Positions 18,016-27,170 of a stretch of 64,000 nucleotides of DNA are shown here, piece by piece. This DNA comes from an uncultured Thermodesulfatator sp. Its GTDB lineage: Bacteria; Desulfobacterota; Dissulfuribacteria; Dissulfuribacterales; QOAL01. Location: assembly GCA_964581255.1 (NCBI GenBank), contig CAZOMT010000034.1, forward strand, positions 3,865 through 67,864, written 5' to 3'. The position numbers and the translations under genes were made by a program. How positions within the stretch are numbered: the stretch's first letter is position 1; each line of letters begins with the position of its first letter. A model generated the notes under the pieces. It had not been told where the DNA came from and made no database searches. It worked only from the letters and a program-made list of their open reading frames with translations.

Positions 18016-19506
18016 ATGGCTCTGGCAATGAACAGTATCTTTTTCCCAAAGATTTTTCAAAAGGGGATCAACTGGGTCTCAAGGAGCAAGATATCAGTCA
18101 CTGGCAGCATAATAGTGGCCATTTTATTGCCAGTTCTTAGCATATCTTTCACGTTTGACTATTTCGGATTTATCCAAAACCCCTATTTCGGATTTCTTCT
18201 TTATGTATTTATGGCCCCACTGTTTGTCTTGGGCCTCATACTCATATTCGTGGGTACGGTATTGAGGCCTGGCAGGGAGGATCTGGGCATATACACCTTT
18301 GAATATTTCAAGGAACAGCTTTCCAGGCCAGGCCGGTACACAAGGGTCCGCAGGCTCATCTATTTCACCATCGGGATAACCCTGTTTTGCTGCTTTCTGG
18401 TGGGGATGGTGTCCTATGGAACCTTTCGCTACACGGCTTCCAACAGTTTCTGTGGCCAGTTCTGCCATCAGGTTATGGCACCGCAATACACCGCATATAA
18501 AAATTCTCCTCATTCCAAGGTGGCATGTGTTGAATGCCATTTTGGAAAAGACGCTACGTGGGCAGAACGGTCGAAGTTTACAGGCATCAAACAGCTCTTT
18601 GCAGTTACCACAAATTCTTACAGCAGACCTATTCTTTCTCCTATCAAGGCCCTGCGTCCTGGTCGGAAGACCTGCGAAGAATGCCATCGTCCAGAAAAAT
18701 TTAAGGGCCTCATGCTCTACATTAAGGACGGATTCCTGCCTGACAAGAACAATACCCGGGTCCAGACAATCATGATTATGAAGGTGGGATCAGGGGATGT
18801 GGCAGGCAGCCCAGCACACGGCATCCATTGGCATGTTTCAGAAAATCAGCAGGTCTTCTACAGGGCAGCAGACAGGGGCAGGGATATAATTACAGAGGTC
18901 AGGGTTGTGGAAAAAGGGAAAAAGGATGTGGTCTTCGAACGAATCCAAGGCCTTGATAGTCAAGGGTTCCCGCAGACGGGCCTAGTGGATGGCAGTCTTT
19001 TGAGAAAGATGGATTGCGTGGATTGCCACAATAGGCCTACCCATATCTTTCTCCAGCCAGACGAGGCTTTGGACAGGAAAATAGCTGAGGATAGCATTCC
19101 CCGTTACCTGCCCTTTATAAAAACTCAGGCATTAAAGGCCATAACCGGGGATTTCCCCTCGGTCAAGGTTGCCCGCGTCCAGATATCAAGACAGCTTCAG
19201 GAGTGGTACCGCAAGAATTATCCAGACCTCATACAAAAGAATCCGGGATTATTGGAAAGGGCCATTCAGGGAACCATTGAGGCCTATGAGGAAAACGTTT
19301 TCCCAGAAATGAAGGTCACCTGGGGCACATATAAAAACTTTCTGGGTCATTCTGATGGCTCCGGATGTTTTCGATGCCATGGAAAGCTCAGAGAGAGGAA
19401 AACCAAAAAGGTCATAAGCAGCGACTGCAATCTCTGCCACGTTGTTTTGGCAAAGGACCAAGTAAGGCCTGATATCCTGAAGATCTTAAAGGGAGTCCTT
19501 CTTTGA
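18016..19506 (+). CDS. Membrane-anchored NapC/NirT-like multihaem cytochrome c (paralogue 1)
   Basis: Three N-terminal hydrophobic helices. Five CXXCH motifs (CVECH, CEECH, CVDCH, CFRCH, CNLCH) plus one CX3CH (CGQFCH) inside a NapC-like block FCGQFCHQVMAPQYTAYKNSPH. The start is set at the first ATG, since the track uses an upstream TTG. Confidence 0.8.
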   Translation: MALAMNSIFFPKIFQKGINWVSRSKISVTGSIIVAILLPVLSISFTFDYFGFIQNPYFGFLLYVFMAPLFVLGLILIFVGTVLRPGREDLGIYTFEYFKEQLSRPGRYTRVRRLIYFTIGITLFCCFLVGMVSYGTFRYTASNSFCGQFCHQVMAPQYTAYKNSPHSKVACVECHFGKDATWAERSKFTGIKQLFAVTTNSYSRPILSPIKALRPGRKTCEECHRPEKFKGLMLYIKDGFLPDKNNTRVQTIMIMKVGSGDVAGSPAHGIHWHVSENQQVFYRAADRGRDIITEVRVVEKGKKDVVFERIQGLDSQGFPQTGLVDGSLLRKMDCVDCHNRPTHIFLQPDEALDRKIAEDSIPRYLPFIKTQALKAITGDFPSVKVARVQISRQLQEWYRKNYPDLIQKNPGLLERAIQGTIEAYEENVFPEMKVTWGTYKNFLGHSDGSGCFRCHGKLRERKTKKVISSDCNLCHVVLAKDQVRPDILKILKGVLL

Positions 19507-19700
19507 TGAATTTTTAACACATCCGATGAATTAAGGCCTCCTTATTATTCCGGGAATGACGTGTCTGCCGTCCGGTAATCATATCCCTCAAAATTAATTG
19601 GATATGCATGGCGTGGTCTGCCCCAACGGAAGCGGGCCACTCTGTTGGCCGTGCCTTGAAAATATCACAGGAAAAAGGAAAGAGAGAGGAGATATAATCT

Positions 19701-21134
19701 ATGGCATTTGAAAAAAACGATCAAAGTGAAAACAGATCTCCACACAGACACAGAAGCGCCTGGGGCCATATCATAAGAGGGCTCTGGCGTACCCCTTTGG
19801 GCATAATGAGTGTGGTGCTCACCACCATAAGTGCCACCCTCATGGTCCTTGGCATAATCGCAGACCTGCTGGGCTTATTCCGCAATCCTTATGTGGGGGT
19901 ATGGATCTATATGATCTTTCCCATATGTATGGTGGCTGGCCTTTTATTAATTCCCATCACTGCATACCTGCGCCGTCGCCAATGGCATAAATCCGGTGTG
20001 GAAAAAAAGCCCCTCAAGCTCAATCTCAGCAATCCCAAGCATCGCTGGTTCCTAGTGGGTTTTATCGTATTGACTGTTGTCAATGTAGCGATATTCGGAT
20101 TTGTAGGCTATGAAGGTTACCATTTCACAGACTCTCCATATTTTTGTGGCATGGTCTGCCACCAGGTCATGGCGCCTGAATACACAGCCTATCAACGGTC
20201 TCCCCATTCAAGGGTGTCATGTGTGGAGTGTCACATAGGCCCTGGTGCTGAATGGTTCGTCAAGGCAAAGATATCGGGTCTGCGGCAGGTATATGCCGTT
20301 GTAACCAACAGTTATGCCAGGCCCATCCCTACACCTGTCGAGGCATTGCGTCCAGCCAGGGATACATGTGAGACATGCCATTGGCCAGAGAAATTCTACG
20401 GGAAAAAGGTCAAAAAATTTTATACAACCGAGGGCAATGAGACAGAGCCTCAACAAACAGAGATATCCCTGCACATTGGAGGGCGCAATCCAGTAACCAA
20501 ACAATTTGAAGGCATACACTGGCATGTCAGCAAAGACGTTCAGGTCGAGTACCTGGCAGTGGATGAAAAGCGCACCAAGATTGCAAAGGTGAGAATAAAA
20601 ATGGCAGACGGCACTTCTGACGAATTCATCAAATCGGATATGGAACCGGAAAATGGCTATAAACCAAAATGGCGGGTTATGGATTGCATTGACTGTCATA
20701 ACCGTCCCACTCATATCTATTCCATGCCAGAAGAAGTAATAAACTTTGGCCTCCTCAGTAAGGACATCGATCCTGCAATTCCAGGCATAAGACAAGATAG
20801 CCTGGCTGTCCTCACAAAGATGTATGATAGCAGAAAGCAGGCAAGAGAAAGGATGATTGCGGATCTCATGGCCCTTCAGAAACAGCGTAACATCCAAGCG
20901 GCCTCTGCTCACAAACCCGGGATAGAACGGGCAGGACAGTATCTTCTCAAGGCATACCTGGAGAATGTGTGGCCTGCCAACAAGGTGTTTTGGGGCACTT
21001 ACAAAAGCCATCTGGGACATCAGTGGAGTGATCAAGGCTTTGGGTGCTGGAGATGCCACGATGAAGAGCACATAAATTCGAGAGGGGAAGCAATTTCACA
21101 AGATTGTAGCCTGTGCCACGACGAACCAGAATGA
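19701..21134 (+). CDS. Membrane-anchored NapC/NirT-like multihaem cytochrome c (paralogue 2)
   Basis: Same architecture as paralogue 1: CGMVCH (CX3CH), CVECH, CETCH, CIDCH, CWRCH, CSLCH, with N-terminal TM helices. The two proteins are colinear. Confidence 0.8.
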   Translation: MAFEKNDQSENRSPHRHRSAWGHIIRGLWRTPLGIMSVVLTTISATLMVLGIIADLLGLFRNPYVGVWIYMIFPICMVAGLLLIPITAYLRRRQWHKSGVEKKPLKLNLSNPKHRWFLVGFIVLTVVNVAIFGFVGYEGYHFTDSPYFCGMVCHQVMAPEYTAYQRSPHSRVSCVECHIGPGAEWFVKAKISGLRQVYAVVTNSYARPIPTPVEALRPARDTCETCHWPEKFYGKKVKKFYTTEGNETEPQQTEISLHIGGRNPVTKQFEGIHWHVSKDVQVEYLAVDEKRTKIAKVRIKMADGTSDEFIKSDMEPENGYKPKWRVMDCIDCHNRPTHIYSMPEEVINFGLLSKDIDPAIPGIRQDSLAVLTKMYDSRKQARERMIADLMALQKQRNIQAASAHKPGIERAGQYLLKAYLENVWPANKVFWGTYKSHLGHQWSDQGFGCWRCHDEEHINSRGEAISQDCSLCHDEPE

Positions 21135-21142
21135 GATGTGAT

Positions 21143-21189
21143 TGCCTTACGGCCCTGGACCCTTGAATATGCCCCAGGGCCGTAAGGCA
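21143..21189. terminator. Long perfect hairpin between convergent genes (probable terminator)
   Basis: TGCCTTACGGCCCTGG - 15-nt loop - CCAGGGCCGTAAGGCA: a 16-bp perfect stem with no clear U-run. It lies between the cytochrome (+) and phoU (-) 3' ends. Confidence 0.5.
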
Positions 21190-21282
21190 CCCAAACCTTT
21201 CAACAATGGCTACAAGATAAAGAAGACCATTCTATTTCATGTAAATAGCAGGATCAATCTTTTGGCGATACCAGAGGTTTGA

Positions 21283-21951
21283 TCAGGCGAATTCGCCCCT
21301 TACGATTTCGCCTTCCACCAGATATATGACCTCTTCGGCGATATTTGTGGCCCTGTCTGCTATCCTTTCAAGATGGCGCGCAAGTATGTAACAGTCTACC
21401 AGGTACCTTGCTGCCTCAGGCTGTCTCTGGATCTCTTCTATGACCTTCTCATAGTGCCTTGTCCGCTCCTTGTCCACGTCGTCATCCAGGATGAAGATGC
21501 GATGGGCCATGTCATTGTCCTGGTTGGTAATGGCGTCAAGGGCAAGCTTGAGCATCATCAGCACTGCAGAGATCATCTCATCGTAGTCTGGCTTGTATTT
21601 CAAGGGTATGTCTGCCGCAGAAAGATCCCCTACCCTTCTTGCTATGCTGACTGCATAATCACCTATGCGCTCAAGCTCGCTGATCACCTTTATAATAGTA
21701 ATGACAATCCTGAGATCCCTTGCAACAGGTTGATAAAGTGCGAGAATCTTCAAGCATTCCTCTTCTATATCTATCTCCAACTCATCTATCTCATAGTCTG
21801 AAGATGCAACAAAATTGATCAGCTTCTGATCTCTGGTCTTGATGGCCTCGCAGGCCTTCATCACCCTGTCTTCCACGAGTGCGCCCAAGTTGAGAAACCT
21901 TTCAAACAACTTGTCCAGTTGCTTATGAAACGTATAATGATAACCCCTCAT
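21283..21951 (-). CDS. phoU: Phosphate signalling complex protein PhoU
   Basis: 222 aa with a two-repeat PhoU architecture (...RIGDYAV... / ...RIADRATNIAE...). It is the last gene of the pst operon. Confidence 0.88.
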   Translation of the reverse strand: MRGYHYTFHKQLDKLFERFLNLGALVEDRVMKACEAIKTRDQKLINFVASSDYEIDELEIDIEEECLKILALYQPVARDLRIVITIIKVISELERIGDYAVSIARRVGDLSAADIPLKYKPDYDEMISAVLMMLKLALDAITNQDNDMAHRIFILDDDVDKERTRHYEKVIEEIQRQPEAARYLVDCYILARHLERIADRATNIAEEVIYLVEGEIVRGEFA

Positions 21952-22029
21952 AATATATTTTCCCCCTTCTGGACTAGGGAAAAGACATGGCAGCCTGGCA
22001 TTGGCTGAAAATAAAGATCTTTTCCTAGT

Positions 22030-22884
22030 CTATCCAAAACGGCCTGTAATATAGTCTTCTGTCTCTTTTCTCATGGGGTTTGTAAACATCTTGTCAGTGC
22101 TATCATACTCTATGAGCTTTCCAAGATACATAAAGGCTGTAAAATCAGAGACCCTTGCTGCCTGCTGCATATTGTGGGTCACTATGATTATCGTGTAGTC
22201 ACTCACAAGCTCGTCGATAAGTTCCTCAACCTTTGCAGTGGAAATGGGATCAAGCGCCGAACAAGGTTCATCCAGAAGCACCACTTCTGGCTTTACTGCA
22301 ATGGCCCTTGCTATACACAGCCTTTGCTGCTGGCCACCTGAAAGTGCCGTACCTATCTGCCGCAACTTATCCTTTACCTCTTTCCACAGGGCCGCCTTTT
22401 GAAGAGCCCATTCCACCCTTTCGTCCATCTCTGCCCTTGAAAGCTTTTCATACAGCCTGACACCAAAGGCAATGTTGTCGTAAACTGACATGGGAAAAGG
22501 CGTGGGCTTCTGAAATACCATGCCCACTTGGGCTCTTAGAAGATTCAAATCCTCCTTTGGCGAAAGGATGTTTCTGCCATCCAGCATTATCTCGCCCTTG
22601 GCATATTGCCTGGGATAGAGTTCATAAATCCTGTTGAAACACCTGATCAGGGTAGACTTTCCACAGCCTGAAGGGCCAATCATCGCAGTTACACGCTTTT
22701 CAGGTATATCCATGGTGATGGAGTGAAGGGCATGAAAGTTGCCGTAGAAAAAATCCAGATTCTTCACCTCTATCTTTATTGGAAGAGATGAAAGATCTCC
22801 CCTGGAACCAGCAGCATTCTCACCATTTTTTATTGGCGCAAACCCCTTTTCCAGAAGGGTTTTTTCATTGTTGTCCGTTTTCAT
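22030..22884 (-). CDS. pstB: Phosphate ABC transporter ATP-binding protein PstB
   Basis: Walker [13 protein letters not shown] signature LSGGQQQR, Walker B VVLLDEP. Confidence 0.93.
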   Translation of the reverse strand: MKTDNNEKTLLEKGFAPIKNGENAAGSRGDLSSLPIKIEVKNLDFFYGNFHALHSITMDIPEKRVTAMIGPSGCGKSTLIRCFNRIYELYPRQYAKGEIMLDGRNILSPKEDLNLLRAQVGMVFQKPTPFPMSVYDNIAFGVRLYEKLSRAEMDERVEWALQKAALWKEVKDKLRQIGTALSGGQQQRLCIARAIAVKPEVVLLDEPCSALDPISTAKVEELIDELVSDYTIIIVTHNMQQAARVSDFTAFMYLGKLIEYDSTDKMFTNPMRKETEDYITGRFG

Positions 22885-22964
22885 AATAATCTTGTCCCTG
22901 TCACTTGAACAATTCCAGAAATACAGAATTTTGTTTGACTCTTATCTGACATGAACCAGGATCG

Positions 22965-23819
22965 TCAGCGATTTCTAAGAAAAGTCCTTACCATTATATT
23001 CAAGGCAAGCACACTGAGGGTAATGAGAAAAGCGCCTGCCCAAGCGAGGTTTTGCCAATCCTCATAAGGGCTCATGGCAAATTGGAATATCACAACTGGC
23101 AAATTGGCCACTGGCTCGTTGAGGCTGCTGCTCCAGAATTGGTTGTTCAGGGCGGTAAAGAGCAAAGGTGCTGTCTCTCCGCTTATCCTTGCCACTGCAA
23201 GAAGTATCCCCGTCAATATTCCTGCCTTTGCAGCCCTGTAAACAATGGCAACCGTGACCTTCCATTTTGGGGCTCCAAGGGCACAAGCCGCCTCCCTGAC
23301 AGTATTTGGTACCAGCTTGAGCATGTCCTCGGTGGTACGAACTATGATGGGAAGGGCTATAAGAGCCAGGGCCAGAGAACCAGCCCAGCCAGAGAAGTTT
23401 CCCATGGGCACTACTACCACTTCGTAGATAAAGACACCAATGATGATAGATGGCGCACTCAACAAAACATCGTTCACGAACCTGATAACAGGGGCTATAC
23501 GGGAACGGATGGCATATTCAGACAGAAAGGTGCCGGCCATAACGCCCACAGGCGCCCCAATAATTACGCCCATTGCAGTTATTATAATGCTGCCCACAAT
23601 GGCGTTGGCTAGCCCTCCTGCATCTCCAGGAGGTGGGGTCGGCTGGGTGAACACTGAAAGATTCAGATACTGGAATCCGTGACTGAACAAGGTGACAAGG
23701 AGCCATGCAAGCCAGAAGAGCCCAAAAAGCGTGGTCAAAAAAGATGCGGAAAGTATGATAAAATTTAACAGGACCCGCCTTCTGTATAGATTGAAATTGA
23801 TGTTATTCAACTGGCTCAT
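22965..23819 (-). CDS. pstA: Phosphate ABC transporter permease PstA
   Basis: Multi-TM permease whose start overlaps the pstC stop (ATGA). Its position in the pstSCAB order supports the call. Confidence 0.88.
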   Translation of the reverse strand: MSQLNNINFNLYRRRVLLNFIILSASFLTTLFGLFWLAWLLVTLFSHGFQYLNLSVFTQPTPPPGDAGGLANAIVGSIIITAMGVIIGAPVGVMAGTFLSEYAIRSRIAPVIRFVNDVLLSAPSIIIGVFIYEVVVVPMGNFSGWAGSLALALIALPIIVRTTEDMLKLVPNTVREAACALGAPKWKVTVAIVYRAAKAGILTGILLAVARISGETAPLLFTALNNQFWSSSLNEPVANLPVVIFQFAMSPYEDWQNLAWAGAFLITLSVLALNIMVRTFLRNR

Positions 23820-24790
23820 GTCCTGGTTCCCTCTCTAAGTGTCAGGCGCAAGAGGAAAAACTTGGCAATCGATAGCACCACGAAGGTGATGAGAAACAGG
23901 ATAAGGCCCAATGCAATAAGCGAGGACGTATACATCTGCCCAACAGCCTCTGTGAACTGGTTTGCAAGGCTTGATGAAATGGTATTCCCTGGCATGAGCA
24001 AAGAGCTTTCAAGCCTGTCTGCATTTCCTATGACGAATGTTACCGCCATGGTCTCTCCAAGGGCCCTTCCAAGCCCCAACATGATTCCTCCTACCACGCC
24101 TATCTTGGTATAGGGAAGCACGATCATCTTGACGACCTCCCAGGTTGTAGCCCCTATCCCATAGGCCGATTCCTTTAGCACAGCAGGTACGACCTCGAAA
24201 AGGTCCCTAAAGACAGATGCCATGAAAGGGATCACCATTATGCCGAGTATTATTCCGGCAGTCAGGACTCCTATGCCAAGGGGAGGGCCAGAAAAGAGAC
24301 TGCCAATGATTGGTATCTGACCAAGGTTGTCTGATATCCAGGGTTCTATATAGTCGCCGAAAAAGGGGGCAAACACAAAAAGACCCCACATGCCGTAAAT
24401 GATGCTGGGTATGGCAGCAAGAAGCTCGATAGCGGTAGATACTGGACGTTTCAGCCATATAGGACAAAGCTCTGTGATAAAGATGGCGATCCCAAAACTT
24501 ACTGGTACTCCTATCAGCATGGCGATGATGGAGGTAACCAGTGTCCCATAGATGGCGACCAGTGCCCCAAAGTCTTCTGTAACAGGGTTCCATGCAGGAC
24601 TTATGAAAAAAGACAGTCCAAATTTTTTAAAGGCGGGCCACGCCCCAACAAGTAGGGAACCCATCATGGCGATGATGATCCCAAGGACAATTATTGCACA
24701 TATCCTTGTGGCGTTCGTAAACAATATATCCAGTATATGCCCTGCACTACCCCGCCTGAGCGCTGCAAGTGATTTAGAATCTTGTTCCAC
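23816..24790 (-). CDS. pstC: Phosphate ABC transporter permease PstC
   Basis: 324-aa multi-TM permease located between pstS and pstA. Confidence 0.88.
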   Translation of the reverse strand: MEQDSKSLAALRRGSAGHILDILFTNATRICAIIVLGIIIAMMGSLLVGAWPAFKKFGLSFFISPAWNPVTEDFGALVAIYGTLVTSIIAMLIGVPVSFGIAIFITELCPIWLKRPVSTAIELLAAIPSIIYGMWGLFVFAPFFGDYIEPWISDNLGQIPIIGSLFSGPPLGIGVLTAGIILGIMVIPFMASVFRDLFEVVPAVLKESAYGIGATTWEVVKMIVLPYTKIGVVGGIMLGLGRALGETMAVTFVIGNADRLESSLLMPGNTISSSLANQFTEAVGQMYTSSLIALGLILFLITFVVLSIAKFFLLRLTLREGTRT

Positions 24791-24886
24791 GTCCGTGCCT
24801 GCTTCTTGTTAGTATTAGGTAGACATTGATCTCAAAATGGCCGCATCCTGCCATATACGACAGCCCCTGGTGGCAAAAATCCCTCA

Positions 24887-25945
24887 TCATGGCCAGATGG
24901 GATTACCAGCAGTGTCTTTGATCTGCCTTTTCCATGCCTCTTCCACCAGATTCACGACCTTCATGGGCATGGGGACGTAATCAAGCTCTTCAGCCATCTT
25001 CTGGCCATTTTTATAACACCAGTCGAAAAATGTCAGGACCGCCTTTGCTACTTCAGGCCTTTTTTGGACCTTGTGCATCAGGATAAAGCTAGCCCCTGTT
25101 ATAGGCCAGCTGTCCTTGCCTGGCTGATCCGTGAGCACCATGTAAAATCCTTCGGCCTTTTCCCAATCCGCATTGGAAGCCGCAGCCTGAAATGTGTTGC
25201 TGTTGGGCTCAACATATTCTCCTGCCCTGTTCTTTAGCTTCACATACGTAAGGTGGTTTTGAAGGGCATAGGCATATTCCACATAACCAATGCTTCCTTC
25301 TATCCTCCTGACATATGACGCAACGCCTTCGTTTCCTTTCCCGCCTATGCCAGTTGGCCATGCAACAGCTTTGGCATTTCCTACCTTTTGCTTCCAGGTG
25401 TTGCTCACCTTGGAAAGATAATTTGTAAATATCCAGGTGGTTCCTGAGCCATCTGACCTGTGTACCACCACAATATTCCTGGCGGGCAAAGCAAGGCCGG
25501 GGTTTTCCGCCTTGATGCGCTGGTCATCCCATTTTTTCACCATGCCAAGATATATATCTGCCATGAGTTCGTTGCTGAGCCTTATCTGACCAGGCTTTAT
25601 CCCCTTGAGATTTATCACTGGCACCACCCCTCCCATTATCATGGGAAACTGGATGAGGCCCGCTTCTTTCAAGACCGATGGCTTAAGAGGGGCATCCGAT
25701 GCCCCAAAATCAACCGTCTTTGCCTTTATCTGCTTGATGCCACCACCTGAGCCTATGGACTGATAATTCATCTTTATTCCATTGAGCTTGTAATAGGCGG
25801 CCGCCCACTTGGCATACACGGGATATGGGAAAGTAGCACCTGCCCCTGATATGGCCCTCACACTCCCAGAATAGACAGGCCCTGGATTTATGACAAACAA
25901 ACACAAAAAGGCCAAGCCGAGCACCACAAACCGATCGTAATTCAT
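24887..25945 (-). CDS. pstS: Phosphate ABC transporter substrate-binding protein PstS
   Basis: Signal peptide followed by GAGATFPYPVYAKWA, typical of PstS. The start is set at the ATG 8 nt after AAGGAG, because the track GTG overlaps the RBS. Confidence 0.9.
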   Translation of the reverse strand: MNYDRFVVLGLAFLCLFVINPGPVYSGSVRAISGAGATFPYPVYAKWAAAYYKLNGIKMNYQSIGSGGGIKQIKAKTVDFGASDAPLKPSVLKEAGLIQFPMIMGGVVPVINLKGIKPGQIRLSNELMADIYLGMVKKWDDQRIKAENPGLALPARNIVVVHRSDGSGTTWIFTNYLSKVSNTWKQKVGNAKAVAWPTGIGGKGNEGVASYVRRIEGSIGYVEYAYALQNHLTYVKLKNRAGEYVEPNSNTFQAAASNADWEKAEGFYMVLTDQPGKDSWPITGASFILMHKVQKRPEVAKAVLTFFDWCYKNGQKMAEELDYVPMPMKVVNLVEEAWKRQIKDTAGNPIWP

Positions 25946-26040
25946 GGAAATCACTCCTTTTTTAAGATTCCTTCATGGCAATGCCCTGTTCTTTTGGTCA
26001 AACCAAAACTTAAATCACAGCCCATAATAGTATCTATCGA

Positions 26041-26080
26041 ATGTTAGGAAATTGTTAAGATTTTGTTAATTTTGGTTTAC
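26041..26080 (-). promoter_or_regulatory. Pho-box array: four hexamers in 11-bp phase upstream of pstS
   Basis: On the minus strand: GTAAAC caaaa TTAACA aaatc TTAACA atttc CTAACA ttcga. The TT(A/T/C)ACA-type direct repeats have exact 11-bp periodicity. They are followed by TACTATTAT (candidate -10) and lie about 95-135 nt upstream of the pstS start. Confidence 0.55.
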
Positions 26081-26462
26081 CTCCTGATGACAAACGCCTT
26101 GGTTGCCTTGCTGAAAATTGGATCCTTGCCAGACCGAACAAAACCCTAAGGCCCATCTAACCAACGGCTAACATCCCGATGCCCAAAAGGCCCATAACAG
26201 TGGTCCTGTCCTGTCTTGAGCCAATGCCCCCTCCATATTGGCCACCTTGCGCACTCGGTGGCAAAAACTGCGGCTCATATAAAACTGCAGTGACCGCCTT
26301 TAGAAGGCACCCATAAGGTGCAGGCATCCGGGCTGCCTAAAAAAACATGTCTAATACCTCAATTTCGCACCACACCAATAAGTGTCCTTTCCACAGGTTT
26401 CTGGTATCTTAAGAACTTGAAAAAAGAATAAACTTTTCTGATGTCCTTCAGGGAGAGACCAG

Positions 26463-27170
26463 GTGCCCAAGCCATCGATACTGATTATAGAAGATGACGA
26501 AGACATTCAGCGGCTTTTGAGCTACCAATTTATCAAAAACGGATTCAGTGTAACTTGCGCCGATTCTGGCGAAGAAGGCCTGGAAGCCTTGTCCCAGGAA
26601 CGATTCGATTGCCTCATACTCGATATCATGCTTCCAGGCATGGATGGCCTCGATGTGTGCTCTAGAATCCGGCAAGGCTCTGAAAACCACTCCATGCCAA
26701 TCATCATGCTCACGGCCAAGGGAGAAGAACAGGACATAATCACAGGCCTTGATACTGGCGCTGACGATTATGTCACCAAACCCTTCAGTCCAAAGGTGCT
26801 TCTTGCCAGGGTCAATGTCCTGCTTCGCAGGAGCCAGATAGGTGGAGGTGGCATAGAAGAAAGCAACATGGAGAAGTTTGATGCGGCAGAAGGGCTTGAG
26901 ATAGATTTTGAGTGTTTCTCCGTCACTGCAGACAATAAGCCTGTCAGTCTTACAATGAGTGAATTCAAGATACTCTCCCTGTTGGCAAAAAAACCCGGCA
27001 GGGTCTTTTCAAGGCAGCAAATCATTGATGAAGTCATGGGTCAGGGATATACGGTGACATCCAGAACAGTAGACGTTCAAATCCATGGCCTCAGAAAAAA
27101 ACTTGGGGCGGCAGGAAGCCTTATAGAAACGGTTAGAGGGGTGGGATACCGATTCAAAAGGAAGGAGTAA
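26463..27170 (+). CDS. phoB: OmpR-family response regulator, PhoB-like
   Basis: Receiver domain (ILIIEDDEDI...DIMLPGMDG) and winged-helix C-terminus (...VRGVGYRF). Divergent from the pst operon and followed by a PhoR-like kinase. GTG start. Confidence 0.8.
   Translation: MPKPSILIIEDDEDIQRLLSYQFIKNGFSVTCADSGEEGLEALSQERFDCLILDIMLPGMDGLDVCSRIRQGSENHSMPIIMLTAKGEEQDIITGLDTGADDYVTKPFSPKVLLARVNVLLRRSQIGGGGIEESNMEKFDAAEGLEIDFECFSVTADNKPVSLTMSEFKILSLLAKKPGRVFSRQQIIDEVMGQGYTVTSRTVDVQIHGLRKKLGAAGSLIETVRGVGYRFKRKE

Noticed and set aside
20217-21071. 284-aa ORF antisense to the second cytochrome gene.
   Set aside because: Same reasoning: it overlaps a gene with clear haem motifs on the opposite strand, and no family features are present.
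26100-26462. An unusually long (about 360 nt) non-coding stretch upstream of phoB, with small hairpins (for example CUGCGG...CUGCAG at about 26264-26286) and an A-run after a GC-rich stem near 26310-26347.
   Set aside because: The stems are short and imperfect. I recognised no RNA family, no convincing promoter/terminator pair, and no repeat relationship to the dispersed element. It is probably promoter or 5'-UTR sequence.
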